Position numbers and translations under genes: made by a program. From an uncultured Saprospiraceae bacterium (lineage in GTDB: Bacteria; Bacteroidota; Bacteroidia; Chitinophagales; Saprospiraceae), in NCBI GenBank assembly GCA_964549655.1, contig CAZJXN010000005.1, forward strand, positions 6,220-70,219: a stretch of DNA of 64,000 bases, in the 5' to 3' direction. The stretch's first letter is position 1, and every line of letters starts with the position of its first letter. Positions 16,276 through 26,395 of the stretch are shown one piece after another. The notes under the pieces were generated by a model. The model did no database searches and had not been told where the DNA came from. It worked only from the letters and a program-made list of their open reading frames with translations.

Positions 16276-18717
16276 ATGAAAAAAGTAATGAAAATGAGTG
16301 CGACAGCCATGGTCGCTTTGATGTTCACAACCTTAATTTTTGCACAAAATCTTACCCAAACGGTAAGAGGTGTTATTCTTGATGCTGACAGCAAATTGCC
16401 CTTAGTCGGAGCGTCCGTAGTGGTGCTTGGAACGAAGACAGGTAGCGTGACCGATTTAAATGGTAATTTCCGATTGGAAAAAGTCCCTATTGGCAGAATT
16501 GACTTGCAATTGTCTTATGTGGGTTACGAGCCTCAAATTATTCCGAATATCGTAGTGAATTCAGGAAAGGAAGTGGTTTTAAACCTGAATATGCAAGAAT
16601 CCGCCTTGATAATGAACGAGATAGTAGTGACCGCCGCCCAAAACAAAGGGGATGCCCTGAACGAAATGGCGATGATTAGCGCTCGCTCCATTTCTCCCGA
16701 AGAGACAAACCGCTATGCCGGTGGCTTCAACGACCCCTCGCGCATCCTCTCAAATTTTGCGGGGATAACCAGTACGCAGGACGGGAGCAACGACATCATC
16801 GTGCGGGGAAATTCGCCAAAATATGTGCAATGGCAATTGGAAGGGATGCAAATCACTAACCCGAACCATTTTGGTGACCAAAGTGCGGTGGGCGGCTCGG
16901 TCAGCACACTGAACAACAATATTTTAGCTGCTTCTGATTTTTACACCGGGGCATTTGCACCCGAATATGGCGATGTGCTTTCGGGGGTTTATGATGTAAA
17001 ATTGAGGGCGGGAAACAATGAAAAAATGGAGGCGGTTTTTGGATTTGGACTTTTGGGCACCGAACTTACGTTGGAAGGACCATTTAAAAAAGGATATGGC
17101 GGCTCTTTTCTCGTCAATTATAGATATTCTACGGTTGGGCTGGTTAGTGACCTTGGCTTGGTAGACAATATTAGCGGCGTACTAAAGTTTCAGGATGCTG
17201 CTTTCAAAGTGGTGTTACCAACCCAAAAAATGGGCGTGTTTTCTTTGTTTGGATTGGGCGGTTCGAGTAGTTTTTTGTTTGAAGACGTGACACCTGCCAT
17301 TTGGGAGACCCCCGGCGACCGATTTATGCGTGCGGAAATTAACGAGGATTTTAATAAAAAAGCGCATTTGCTCAACACAGGAATCAAACATACACTCCCC
17401 ATCGGCAAAAACAGTTTTCTCAACACTACTCTGACTTATTCCAATGAGGGAATTGATGACGATATTTTTGAGGCGGGCATTATAAAAATATTCGACAGCA
17501 AAGGGGATTTTTTGAGGGATTCAATTGTCAATAAAACGTTGAATTTCAGTAGCCAATTGAAAAAACCTACTTACCGGGGAGCGATGACCTACAACCACAA
17601 ATTCAATGCAAAACACAAAATTCAGATAGGGAGTAAATACACGCTGTTTGATTACCAATTCAATCAAAGCCAATTTCGGGAGGAGGCAACCAACCGGATT
17701 ACCCTCGTTGATTTTAAGGAAAAAGTGAGCACAGTCCGAAATTTTATTAGTTGGAAATATCGGGTGAATGAAGCTATTACAGTCGTGTCAGGTTTTCATA
17801 ATATGAATGTGCTGTTCAATCATAAAAGTACGCTGGAACCACGGCTTGCCGTAGATTGGAAAATTACCCCTTCCAGTTCTATCCACGCGGGATATGGCAA
17901 GCACAGCACGATGGAGAGCATCCACAATTATTTTGCAAAAGTGAAACAGCCGGATGGCAGCATCATTGAACCCAACCGAGATTTGGATTTGCTGAAAGCG
18001 CATCATTATATGGTAGGTTATGAAAAACGTTTTGGTAAAAATTTGCGAGCAAAAATAGAAGCCTATTATCAAGACCTGTATAATATTCCTGTTGAAAATC
18101 TTGATACGAGTTATTACAGCACGATTGTAGAAGGATTGGAATTTAGGTATGTTGATTTGGTCAATAAAGGGACGGGAAAAAATTATGGATTGGAATTTAC
18201 CCTCGAACGATTTTTTAGCAATAACTACTACTATCTGATAAACGCTTCGCTGTATGAATCGAACTATAAATCGCTGGAAGGAGTGGAGCGCAACACGCCG
18301 TACAATGGCAATTATTTGGTGAATATCCTTTGCGGAAAAGAATTTCCAAACCTCGGCAGAAAGCAAAACCAGACATTAGGATTGAACGCTAAACTATTTT
18401 TCGGCGGTGGTAGAAAAATAATCCCACTTTTGCGGGACGCGCAGGGCAATCTGGCAGTGGACCCCGCCAACAATCGATATTGGAATTATGAAAAAGCATA
18501 CGAAAACAGCATAGAGGATGTGTATCAAGTAATTGTTTCGGCAAGTTATAAATGGAATAAGCCTAGCGCGACCCACGAGCTTTTCTTGAATTTGGATAAC
18601 GTCACCAATAATAAAGGTAAAATATCTGAATTTTATGACGAAAGTGAACCCAACAAGACCGGCTATGTCACACAGTTTGGCTTTTTTCCGAACTTAATGT
18701 ATCGCGTTTATTTTTAA
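16276..18717 (+). CDS. TonB-dependent receptor with a carboxypeptidase-regulatory-like N-terminal domain
   Basis: After the signal peptide it reads VRGVILDADSKLPLVGASVVVLGTKTGSVTDLNGNFRL (CarboxypepD_reg). A plug region follows, and the protein ends with the C-terminal beta-barrel motif ...NLMYRVYF. Confidence 0.85.
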   Translation: MKKVMKMSATAMVALMFTTLIFAQNLTQTVRGVILDADSKLPLVGASVVVLGTKTGSVTDLNGNFRLEKVPIGRIDLQLSYVGYEPQIIPNIVVNSGKEVVLNLNMQESALIMNEIVVTAAQNKGDALNEMAMISARSISPEETNRYAGGFNDPSRILSNFAGITSTQDGSNDIIVRGNSPKYVQWQLEGMQITNPNHFGDQSAVGGSVSTLNNNILAASDFYTGAFAPEYGDVLSGVYDVKLRAGNNEKMEAVFGFGLLGTELTLEGPFKKGYGGSFLVNYRYSTVGLVSDLGLVDNISGVLKFQDAAFKVVLPTQKMGVFSLFGLGGSSSFLFEDVTPAIWETPGDRFMRAEINEDFNKKAHLLNTGIKHTLPIGKNSFLNTTLTYSNEGIDDDIFEAGIIKIFDSKGDFLRDSIVNKTLNFSSQLKKPTYRGAMTYNHKFNAKHKIQIGSKYTLFDYQFNQSQFREEATNRITLVDFKEKVSTVRNFISWKYRVNEAITVVSGFHNMNVLFNHKSTLEPRLAVDWKITPSSSIHAGYGKHSTMESIHNYFAKVKQPDGSIIEPNRDLDLLKAHHYMVGYEKRFGKNLRAKIEAYYQDLYNIPVENLDTSYYSTIVEGLEFRYVDLVNKGTGKNYGLEFTLERFFSNNYYYLINASLYESNYKSLEGVERNTPYNGNYLVNILCGKEFPNLGRKQNQTLGLNAKLFFGGGRKIIPLLRDAQGNLAVDPANNRYWNYEKAYENSIEDVYQVIVSASYKWNKPSATHELFLNLDNVTNNKGKISEFYDESEPNKTGYVTQFGFFPNLMYRVYF

Positions 18718-18724
18718 AAATACC

Positions 18725-19696
18725 TTGCAAAATATGAAAGCAGCCATTCGTTCAAAATACGGTTCGCCGGAAGTGATAAGCATCGAAGAAGTGGAAATGC
18801 CGCTCCCTGCCGACCATGAAATATTAGTAAAAGTACACGCCGCAACTGTCAACAGGACGGATTGTGGAATACTTTGTGGAAAACCATTTGCGATACAATT
18901 TTTCACAGGCTTATTCAAACCTACCTCACCGATTCCGGGGACTGACTTTGCCGGTGAAATCGAGGCGATCGGAAAAAAGGTAAGTGCTTTCAAAGTGGGG
19001 GATAAGGTTTGGGGTTTTAATGACAATGGATTAGCGTCCCATGCCCAATATCTTGTCATATCGGAAAATAAAGCAGTATTGAAAATGCCAGAGCACATCA
19101 CCTACGAACAGGCTGCCGCAAGTGCAGAAGGCGCGCATTATGCCTATACTTTCATCAACAAAGTGAACTTGAAAGCCGGGCAAAAAGTGCTCGTCAATGG
19201 AGCCACCGGTGCTATTGGTTCGGCAGCGGTGCAAATCCTGAAATACTTGGATATTCAGGTGGTGGCAGTTTGCGATACCAAAAATGTAGCACGCATCGCA
19301 GCATTAGGCGCTGATCGAGTGATTGATTATACAGAAGAGGATTTTACAAACCAAGACGAAAAATATGATTTTGTCTTTGATGCCGTTGGCAAAAGCACCT
19401 TCGCCCAATGCAAACCCTTGCTACAACCGAACGGCATTTATATTTCTTCAGAATTGGGTCCGAATGCAGAAAACCTATATTTACCACTTCTTACAAAAAT
19501 AAGGGGTGGTAAAAAGGTGATATTTCCGATTCCCATTAATATCAAAAGAAGTTTGCTTTTTATGCAAAATTTGTTGAATGAAGGAAAATTCAAGCCGCTG
19601 ATGGATAGAACATACCCCCTGGAAAAAATCCGAGAGGCATACGAGTATGTCGCCAGCGGTCAAAAAATAGGAAACGTAATTCTTACTTTCTTGTAA
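18725..19696 (+). CDS. NAD(P)-dependent medium-chain dehydrogenase/reductase (quinone-oxidoreductase-like)
   Basis: Shows ILVKVHAATVNRTD, GDKVWG and the Rossmann motif VLVNGATGAIGSAAVQI, ending in GNVILTF. The start is probably 18734. Confidence 0.85.
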   Translation: MQNMKAAIRSKYGSPEVISIEEVEMPLPADHEILVKVHAATVNRTDCGILCGKPFAIQFFTGLFKPTSPIPGTDFAGEIEAIGKKVSAFKVGDKVWGFNDNGLASHAQYLVISENKAVLKMPEHITYEQAAASAEGAHYAYTFINKVNLKAGQKVLVNGATGAIGSAAVQILKYLDIQVVAVCDTKNVARIAALGADRVIDYTEEDFTNQDEKYDFVFDAVGKSTFAQCKPLLQPNGIYISSELGPNAENLYLPLLTKIRGGKKVIFPIPINIKRSLLFMQNLLNEGKFKPLMDRTYPLEKIREAYEYVASGQKIGNVILTFL

Positions 19697-19909
19697 ACAT
19701 TTTTCAATACGTTCGGACCCCTGGTATTCGGCATTTGACTTCCGGCATCTGTTTTTGTTACTTGGAAGGGCAGTGCGGAGTCTGGCATCTCTCAATCTGG
19801 CATCTAAATACGCTTAGGTCGAACCAATCTTCTTTTTCATCGAAAAAACAAATGTGCGGGAATAAATTTATGGTAATTTCGACGCTCTAAGAATTAAAAC
19901 GAAATTGCC

Positions 19910-20536
19910 ATGAATAACGTTAAGACCTCTTTTTCAGAGAACACTTCTGCTCCAAAATCATTGCACGACATGATGAACGATATCGGGTGTTCTACTTTTC
20001 TGACCCAAGAAGAAATGCATATTATTACAAAGGATATTCCGATAAAAACGTTTAAAAAAGGGACTTATCTGTTACGGGAAGGTCAAATGGCTACTACGTG
20101 TTATACTATTTTCAAAGGATGTGTTCGGGAATTTTACCTGAAAGACGGCGAAGAAAAAACGACCGCATTTTACACAGAAGGCGATTCACTTTCATCTGGT
20201 GTCAGCGGTGTACAGCGGATGCCTGCCAAGCAATATTGGGAGTGCATCGAAGATACGACCTTGTCGGTGTTTACTTATGAAAAGGAAAAAGAGCTATACC
20301 GGCGGTTTCCACGGTTGGAATCGCTTTGCCGGATGGAAGTGGAAGAAAAATTTGGTGCTTACCAACAGACGATGGCAATCTATATCAATTCCACACCAGA
20401 AGAACGCTATCTGAATCTATTGAAAAACCGACCTGATTTATTGGACCGGGTGCCGCAGTACCAACTTGCCAGTTATATCGGTGTGAAACCGGAATCGTTG
20501 AGCAGGATAAGGCGAAGGATTTTAGAGAAATGCTGA
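19910..20536 (+). CDS. Crp/Fnr family transcriptional regulator
   Basis: Has cNMP-binding-like beta-roll sequence (FKKGTYLLREGQMATTCYTIFKGCVREF) and a C-terminal HTH (QLASYIGVKPESLSRIRRRI). The true start may be an internal Met. Confidence 0.8.
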   Translation: MNNVKTSFSENTSAPKSLHDMMNDIGCSTFLTQEEMHIITKDIPIKTFKKGTYLLREGQMATTCYTIFKGCVREFYLKDGEEKTTAFYTEGDSLSSGVSGVQRMPAKQYWECIEDTTLSVFTYEKEKELYRRFPRLESLCRMEVEEKFGAYQQTMAIYINSTPEERYLNLLKNRPDLLDRVPQYQLASYIGVKPESLSRIRRRILEKC

Positions 20537-20645
20537 TGGTAGCCCAACCTATATAGCAATAATAAAAACGCGAATACCGACAATCATCAGTATCCGCGTT
20601 TCCATTATAATTGTGTAATAAACCTGTAATAACTATTTACTTTTA

Positions 20646-23600
20646 TTAAAACTCATACCGCAATCCCAATTGCAACTGCCAGCGACTCAGCAGGCTAAAG
20701 TCATTAAAAAAAGTCTGTGTTTGAGACGTATCGAAGCCGTAGGTCGGCACTCCAGCCGGATTTAAGGAGACAGCGATGGGTTGAATCAAGCCCGTTTGGG
20801 TCGCAAATTCTCGAACACCCCAGTCCGAACTAATCAAATTGCCGACATTCAAAATATCAATACTGAGCTGCAATTTATTCGTCGTATTCACTTTAAAATC
20901 TTGCAAAATACGCACATCCCAATGGTTGTACCAAGGCGCAAGTGCTCCATATTTTTCTGTAAAATCGCCTCTGCGGGAAGACAAATATTCGTCCTGCGCG
21001 ATGTACGCTTTGAGCCTTGTGCGTTGAGCGGCAGCATCACCTGCGAAGTTCAATTGGTCAATCTCCCCATCGGTTGGTACGTAAATTAAATCATTCAAAC
21101 CAGAGCCATCGTTGTTGATGTCGCCGGCGTAGGTGTAGCTGTAGCGCGTCCCCTCCACATATTCAAAAAACAAACTAACCGTTGTTGCAAATTTACTGCC
21201 ATATTCAAAGCGATGGGAAGCGGCACCCAAAATGCGGTGGCGATTTCCGTACAAGGAAGGCGCTAAAAGCGGTCGGTTGGTGTGCGAAATATTAGCAGGA
21301 TTGCGGTCATACGCATCCGAAGAGATTTCTGCGTCAATCGAAGCGGCATCTTCTGCTTTCAAATAATTATAACCTAATTTCACATAAGTATTATTCCAAG
21401 AACGTTCCAAAGAAGCAGACGCATTAAATGTGTAACCTTCATCCGTATTGGTAAAAACGTACGCGTTAGTCGGCGCGTTAAACACTAAAACCCGATCACT
21501 TACTTTGTAAACAGGACGACCGCCTGGTCCTGGCAGCGTGCCGGTTGGAAGTCGTAAACCATAATTACGTACCATTTGCGCTTGTAGATCTTTCGTGTAC
21601 AGCACATCTACCGTTCCAATCCAACCGCCGCCAATTTTCTGGTCGTATCCGATATTCGTTCTCCAAACCTGTGGAAATTTAAAATTCGGATCGGTCATAT
21701 TGTAGAAAAAGAAGTCAGGGTTTGCAACTTGATTGCCAATCCATACAAACGGAAATCTACCAGAAAACAAGCCTGTACCGCCTCTCAACTGCGAAGAACG
21801 GTCTTCTTTCAGCGCATAATTAAAACCAAATCTCGGATTGATTAAAGGATTGTTTTCCGGTAGTTCGGTGTGGTCGAATGTTACATCATTTCCATTTTCA
21901 TCCGAATAAACGATGGAAGGATCGTACGTGCCGCCATCTGCCAGCAAGCCGCCTTTGCGGTCAATATTTTCTTGAATTAGTTCCGCCGTATTAAAATAAA
22001 GCGGATAATCCACGCGCAAACCTAAGGTCAATGACAACTGATCATTTACAACAATTTCGTCTTGCACATAGCCGGAAATCTGACCCAAATTCGTCTCCGC
22101 TAATGCCCAGCTATCTCCTTTATTATTATTTTCAAACGCTGCACGAGCCGCGTCTACTTCTGTATCCAAACCGCCAGAATTGATGAAAGCTGCAAAATCG
22201 CCAATCGGAATATCCGGAAAGAAAACGCGCGCGCCATAACCAGTCAAGTTGAAAGAGTTATTAAAATTGAATTTCTCAAACGCTGCGCCTATTGTAAAAG
22301 TGTGCTTTCCGGCGTAAATATTAAAATTATTATTTATTTGAAAAACGTCTTGATCCAAAATATTATTGATAGAGAAAGGCTCCTGCCCGGCTATGATGTA
22401 GCGCACACCGCCTTTGCCGATATTCAACACTGGAAAAGGTGCGGAAAATGGGTCGCGGCTATCCCGAAATGCGGTAAAACCTGCCTGTAATTTATTGGCA
22501 AACTTACTTCCGAAAACAGAGCGTAACTCGATGATACCAGAGTGGATTTTATTATTAATCCGATAGCCAGAGTTTTGAAATTGAAGCGTTAGAAAGTCTG
22601 GTCCTCTTCTTCCAATCGCCGAAGGGTGCGCGGGTTTATCTTTGAAAGCATCCAAAAAGTTGTAAGAAGCGGTCAGTTTATGATTCTGACTTAAATTAAA
22701 ATCGAGTTTGAAAATTCCTTTTGTGTTGTCAGAATCGTGTTTAAAATTCTGGAAAGCTCCCGTTTCATAGCCATATCTGGTTGATAACAGGTTGGATACC
22801 AATTGCAAATCCGATAATAAAACCCGCGAAGCATTCGCCGCGCCGCTGCCGTCATCTGCAATAAAATAAGAACCCAAATCCGATCGGTTTTCCAGTTCCA
22901 AATTGGCAAAAAAGAATATTTTGTCTTTAATGATCGGACCGCCCAAGCTGAATCCAGCTTGTAATTGTTTCAAATCACCTCGCACGACTTTGGTATCTTC
23001 AATCTTATCGCCAATCATATTTTTATTTCTAAAATAACCAAACACTGTACCGCGAAAATCATTTGTACCGGACTTGGTCACCGCATTGATAGACGCGCCG
23101 GTAAAACCAGATTGCGTCACATCGTAAGGTGCAATAGAAACACTAATTTGCTCAATGGCATCCAGCGAGACGGGCTGTGCATCGGTCTGACCGCCGGGCG
23201 TAGCCGCATCCAAACCAAAAGGATTGTTGAAAATAGTGCCATCCAGTGAGTAGTTGTTGAATTGGTCATTCCGACCGCCAAACGAACCGCCCTCGGAAGC
23301 CATCGGATTTAAGCGGGTGTAATCAGCGGCAGAGCGACTGATAGTTGGTAGGTTATCAATCAACTTCCGATTAATAGAAGTTGCAGGTCCCGTTCGTTTT
23401 CCGTTTAGAATCGGGTCGCGCTGACCAGATATCACGAGTTCGTCCAGATTCACGCCTTCCGCTTGCATTGCGAAGCCGAGCGTAAATTTTTGCCCCAATG
23501 TTAAGAAAACATTCTCTTGTGTATTCAACGTGTAACCCACGTAGCTGACTTCCACTTTGTAAGGTCCACCCACGCGCATATTGGGTATGCTGTAACGTCC

Positions 23601-23810
23601 GTTGTCCTGTGTAATGGTTCCGTAAATCGTGCCCGAAGGTACGTGTATCGCCTTGACCGTAGCTCCTACCAATGGCTCGTTCTTTTCGTCCTGAACGCTG
23701 CCAGTGATCGTAGAAGTAGTAACTTGCGCTGTTAAGCTGCAACAGATACAAATAAAAAATAATAAACTTAGTGAGCGTAATTTTGAAGCATGCATAGTTT
23801 GAAGTATCAT
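20646..23810 (-). CDS. TonB-dependent receptor (Oar-like, carboxypeptidase-regulatory-like N-terminal domain), 1054 aa
   Basis: After the signal peptide it reads ITGSVQDEKNEPLVGATVKAIHVPSGTIYGTITQDNGRYSIPNMRVGGPYKV, with a C-terminal ...LQLGLRYEF. Confidence 0.85.
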   Translation of the reverse strand: MILQTMHASKLRSLSLLFFICICCSLTAQVTTSTITGSVQDEKNEPLVGATVKAIHVPSGTIYGTITQDNGRYSIPNMRVGGPYKVEVSYVGYTLNTQENVFLTLGQKFTLGFAMQAEGVNLDELVISGQRDPILNGKRTGPATSINRKLIDNLPTISRSAADYTRLNPMASEGGSFGGRNDQFNNYSLDGTIFNNPFGLDAATPGGQTDAQPVSLDAIEQISVSIAPYDVTQSGFTGASINAVTKSGTNDFRGTVFGYFRNKNMIGDKIEDTKVVRGDLKQLQAGFSLGGPIIKDKIFFFANLELENRSDLGSYFIADDGSGAANASRVLLSDLQLVSNLLSTRYGYETGAFQNFKHDSDNTKGIFKLDFNLSQNHKLTASYNFLDAFKDKPAHPSAIGRRGPDFLTLQFQNSGYRINNKIHSGIIELRSVFGSKFANKLQAGFTAFRDSRDPFSAPFPVLNIGKGGVRYIIAGQEPFSINNILDQDVFQINNNFNIYAGKHTFTIGAAFEKFNFNNSFNLTGYGARVFFPDIPIGDFAAFINSGGLDTEVDAARAAFENNNKGDSWALAETNLGQISGYVQDEIVVNDQLSLTLGLRVDYPLYFNTAELIQENIDRKGGLLADGGTYDPSIVYSDENGNDVTFDHTELPENNPLINPRFGFNYALKEDRSSQLRGGTGLFSGRFPFVWIGNQVANPDFFFYNMTDPNFKFPQVWRTNIGYDQKIGGGWIGTVDVLYTKDLQAQMVRNYGLRLPTGTLPGPGGRPVYKVSDRVLVFNAPTNAYVFTNTDEGYTFNASASLERSWNNTYVKLGYNYLKAEDAASIDAEISSDAYDRNPANISHTNRPLLAPSLYGNRHRILGAASHRFEYGSKFATTVSLFFEYVEGTRYSYTYAGDINNDGSGLNDLIYVPTDGEIDQLNFAGDAAAQRTRLKAYIAQDEYLSSRRGDFTEKYGALAPWYNHWDVRILQDFKVNTTNKLQLSIDILNVGNLISSDWGVREFATQTGLIQPIAVSLNPAGVPTYGFDTSQTQTFFNDFSLLSRWQLQLGLRYEF

Positions 23811-23969
23811 TTAGGTAAGGCTCCAATCTACTGCTTTCCCTTAATGTTTACTTAACATTAGCTCCACTTTTTTAACATAAATTTTACAGAAAATCCGAAA
23901 TCCAGCAGCGCGTGGAATAATAGATGCGTTCTTATTGTTGTGCCAAGCTTGCGTAAAAATTGTTATTGG

Positions 23970-24701
23970 TTATTGTAAATCCTTTAGTAACGCTTGCACT
24001 TTACCATACAGCGAGGAAGCAGACGTTGTGCGTTGCAAAATCTTTCGACAATTTGCCTCATCACCAGCTTTCAAGTAACTCAATGCCAAATACCAATTTG
24101 CATAATCCTTCAGGGAAACATCCGCATTAGTAAAGCTTTGAAAAATTTGACGGGCTTCTTCTAATTTATTCAATTCCATTTTACAAATACCTAAATATAG
24201 GTTCGCCAATTGGTCGTTCGGGTGTTCCACAAAGTATTGCGTAAGCTGGGTTTCTGCCGTTTTATAATTACCGGAATTGAAAGCGGATTCAGTTGTTGAC
24301 CAATCTACGGTGGTGGTCGCTGACTTTTCAGACAAAGCTAAAGGCGCGTATTCTGCATATTGATTGTAAAAATTTGACGGGAGGAGGAATTGCCAGACTA
24401 TTAAAAGTGCAATCACCGCTGCTGCAGAAGCTGCCATCACCCAACGCAAACGTCGGCGCGGTATTTGCACTACTTTTGCTGGCTCTTGCGCGGTTTTGAA
24501 ATAATCACTTCCAATATCTTTCAACTCATTTTGTAATAAACTCCGACGGTCTTTGCGGCGCAGAAAATCTACCATATCGCATTGCAAAGCCAGTTCCTCC
24601 GCCAATTGAGTGTCGGCAGCTAGTTCGGCATCAAAAATCTTTTTTTCTTCTGCTTCCATTTGACCATTCAGATAGCGGTCTATGCGGTCTATATTATCCA
24701 T
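23970..24701 (-). CDS. Putative anti-sigma factor: short cytoplasmic N-terminus, one TM segment, periplasmic TPR-like domain (start trimmed to MDNIDRIDRYL)
   Basis: It overlaps the end of the ECF sigma gene by 8 bp. The TM segment is WVMAASAAAVIALLIVWQFLL, and TPR-like repeats include LANLYLGICKMELNKLEEA and YLALSYLKAGDEA. Confidence 0.6.
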   Translation of the reverse strand: MDNIDRIDRYLNGQMEAEEKKIFDAELAADTQLAEELALQCDMVDFLRRKDRRSLLQNELKDIGSDYFKTAQEPAKVVQIPRRRLRWVMAASAAAVIALLIVWQFLLPSNFYNQYAEYAPLALSEKSATTTVDWSTTESAFNSGNYKTAETQLTQYFVEHPNDQLANLYLGICKMELNKLEEARQIFQSFTNADVSLKDYANWYLALSYLKAGDEANCRKILQRTTSASSLYGKVQALLKDLQ

Positions 24702-25275
24702 TTTTTTCTCCTTTAAAATGTTCGTAAAATAGTTGCCGCCAGCGCGCCGTGCAGCGATGTTTGCTCTGATACACAGCATTAGCATTGGCAAAACCAAGTT
24801 CTACAGCAATCTGCTCCACGGGTGTTTCCCCAGTCGTAAGGAGCGACAAAAGCCGTTGACATTGTTCGCTAAGTAATTTAAAAACCTGCGCAAGGCATTC
24901 TTGTCGTTGTTGTTGTAGTAGCGCTTCTTCCGCGTCCTCCAGCTCTGGGCGCTCCGTTGTATATCGCTCGCCTTCTACATTTCTTACGTTTTCTTCGCGT
25001 TTTTTTTGCGACAAGCGGTCATACCATTTTCGACGGCAAATCGTCATGAGCAAACCGCCAAGCGAACTGGTCAGTTGAAAATCTGTGCCACAATATCTGT
25101 CATAGACTGCCAGCAGCGCATCTTGAAATAAGTCCTGTGCATCTTCCGCCGCTCCATTATTTTGTAATACCCAACTATGAATGCTCCGCGAAAATTTTTC
25201 ATAAATGGCTCGAATCAGACGCTGATCACCTTTATACAACGCTTCGATATACTGCTGGTCTGGGTGTGGATTCAT
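24694..25275 (-). CDS. ECF-type RNA polymerase sigma-70 family factor
   Basis: The region 2-like sequence is AEDAQDLFQDALLAVY and the region 4 HTH is PVEQIAVELGFANANAVYQSKHRC. Confidence 0.85.
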   Translation of the reverse strand: MNPHPDQQYIEALYKGDQRLIRAIYEKFSRSIHSWVLQNNGAAEDAQDLFQDALLAVYDRYCGTDFQLTSSLGGLLMTICRRKWYDRLSQKKREENVRNVEGERYTTERPELEDAEEALLQQQRQECLAQVFKLLSEQCQRLLSLLTTGETPVEQIAVELGFANANAVYQSKHRCTARWRQLFYEHFKGEKNG

Positions 25276-25419
25276 ACTTTCTATTTGACACCAAAAATAA
25301 GTTTTTTTCTTAACACTTTTTTAACAAATCAAGAGCGTAAGATTTTCTCTATTGCTCGGATAGGTAGATGTATTTCAACAACAACCACATTTATTTATTA
25401 CAAAAAAAAATTAATTATT

Positions 25420-25971
25420 ATGAAAAAAATTCAAATGTTTAGCCTTGCAATCGTTCTTTTAGTGAGTAGCTTCAGCTTCCAATCGTGTGTAAAAGACCCG
25501 GGAGTAACCCAAGCTACCAACGCCAGAACCTGGATTATCATTGGCATACACAAGCGTTTTACTTCTTGTGAACCAGGCGGCGCTATGTGCGTACGAGTGG
25601 AAAGACTGGCAGAAAATGCGCTCAACAATCTGCAACTTGCTTTGGATGAAGCAACCAGTAAGCCGGTTGTACTAGAGGATGGATCTATTCAACTGGAAGC
25701 GCAAATCAGTGTAGATCAACTCAGCCCGGCAGCCCGCAAGCAACTTTTAAGTGAGAAAGTAATGGTGGTGGACGAAGATTTCGCACTCAGCGAGACTACC
25801 TTGCAGCAAGCATATGAGAATTCTGGGCTGTCTTACAATGGCGAACAGGCAAAAGTTGCAAAAGGAGTTTATCGCATTCTTGCTGAAGGAACAGGTGGCA
25901 CCGCACCTCAAAGATTCAAAATCACAATCACTTTTACGAAAGGTGAACTTGAGATCAAAATTACCTGGTAA
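25420..25971 (+). CDS. Hypothetical lipoprotein (183 aa; start trimmed to MKKIQMF)
   Basis: Carries a lipobox-like signal, LLVSSFSFQSC. I recognised no family. Confidence 0.6.
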   Translation: MKKIQMFSLAIVLLVSSFSFQSCVKDPGVTQATNARTWIIIGIHKRFTSCEPGGAMCVRVERLAENALNNLQLALDEATSKPVVLEDGSIQLEAQISVDQLSPAARKQLLSEKVMVVDEDFALSETTLQQAYENSGLSYNGEQAKVAKGVYRILAEGTGGTAPQRFKITITFTKGELEIKITW

Positions 25972-25999
25972 AATCGCCCATCGTTATAATCCCTGAATC

Positions 26000-26032
26000 C
26001 GCCTCCGGTATTGCTGCCGGAGGCTTTCTTAT
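26000..26032 (+). terminator. Rho-independent terminator after the lipoprotein gene
   Basis: The GC-rich stem is GCCTCCGG (26001-26008) paired with CCGGAGGC (26017-26024), followed by TTTCTTATT. Confidence 0.7.
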
Positions 26033-26066
26033 TATGCTATCAAAGTTTGTAACTTAGGGCTTTTAA

Positions 26067-26336
26067 GCTTCTAATTAATCTGATGACTCCAAAGTCTAAT
26101 GTCGTCAACTTAAGGAAAAAGGTGCAGCGCACCGAAATATTGGTAGAAAAAAGAGAAAACACGTTTACCAGGTGCAGCGCACCGGCATATCGTGCCTCGC
26201 TTGGTGGTATATTTCGGTGCGCTGCACCTATCCATACGATGATTAAACGTTTCTACCAATATTTCGGTGCGCTGCACCTCCTTTCCCTTTTAAGTTGATG
26301 ACATTAGACTCCAAAGTCATCAGATTAATTAGAAGC
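26067..26336. repeat. 270-bp nested palindromic element (MITE-like or structured RNA/operator array)
   Basis: The outer arms of about 84 nt are nearly identical as reverse complements. GGTGCAGCGCACC (itself palindromic) occurs four times, at 26121, 26171, 26216 and 26266. See findings. Confidence 0.9.
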
Positions 26337-26395
26337 AAGGTCAACCCTTGACTCAACTAAAATGCTAATCTTTTCAATCAAAACTCCTTGCTACC

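Noticed and set aside
17788-18366. 192-aa minus-strand ORF
   Set aside because: It lies antisense inside the TonB-dependent receptor gene and has no motifs.
25177-25419. N-terminal extensions of tracked ORFs (25177, 3896, 38137, 46803, 50219, 50954, 55849, 57368, 61379 starts)
   Set aside because: In each case an internal Met gives a canonical N-terminus (a signal peptide, lipobox or family-typical start). The extension also runs through repeat or promoter-like DNA.
26083-26298. 71-aa ORF spanning the 270-bp palindrome
   Set aside because: The reading frame is a by-product of the inverted repeat; its peptide repeats motifs such as CSAP and FRCAAP/FGALH because of the symmetry. A strong terminator lies just upstream and I see no start context.
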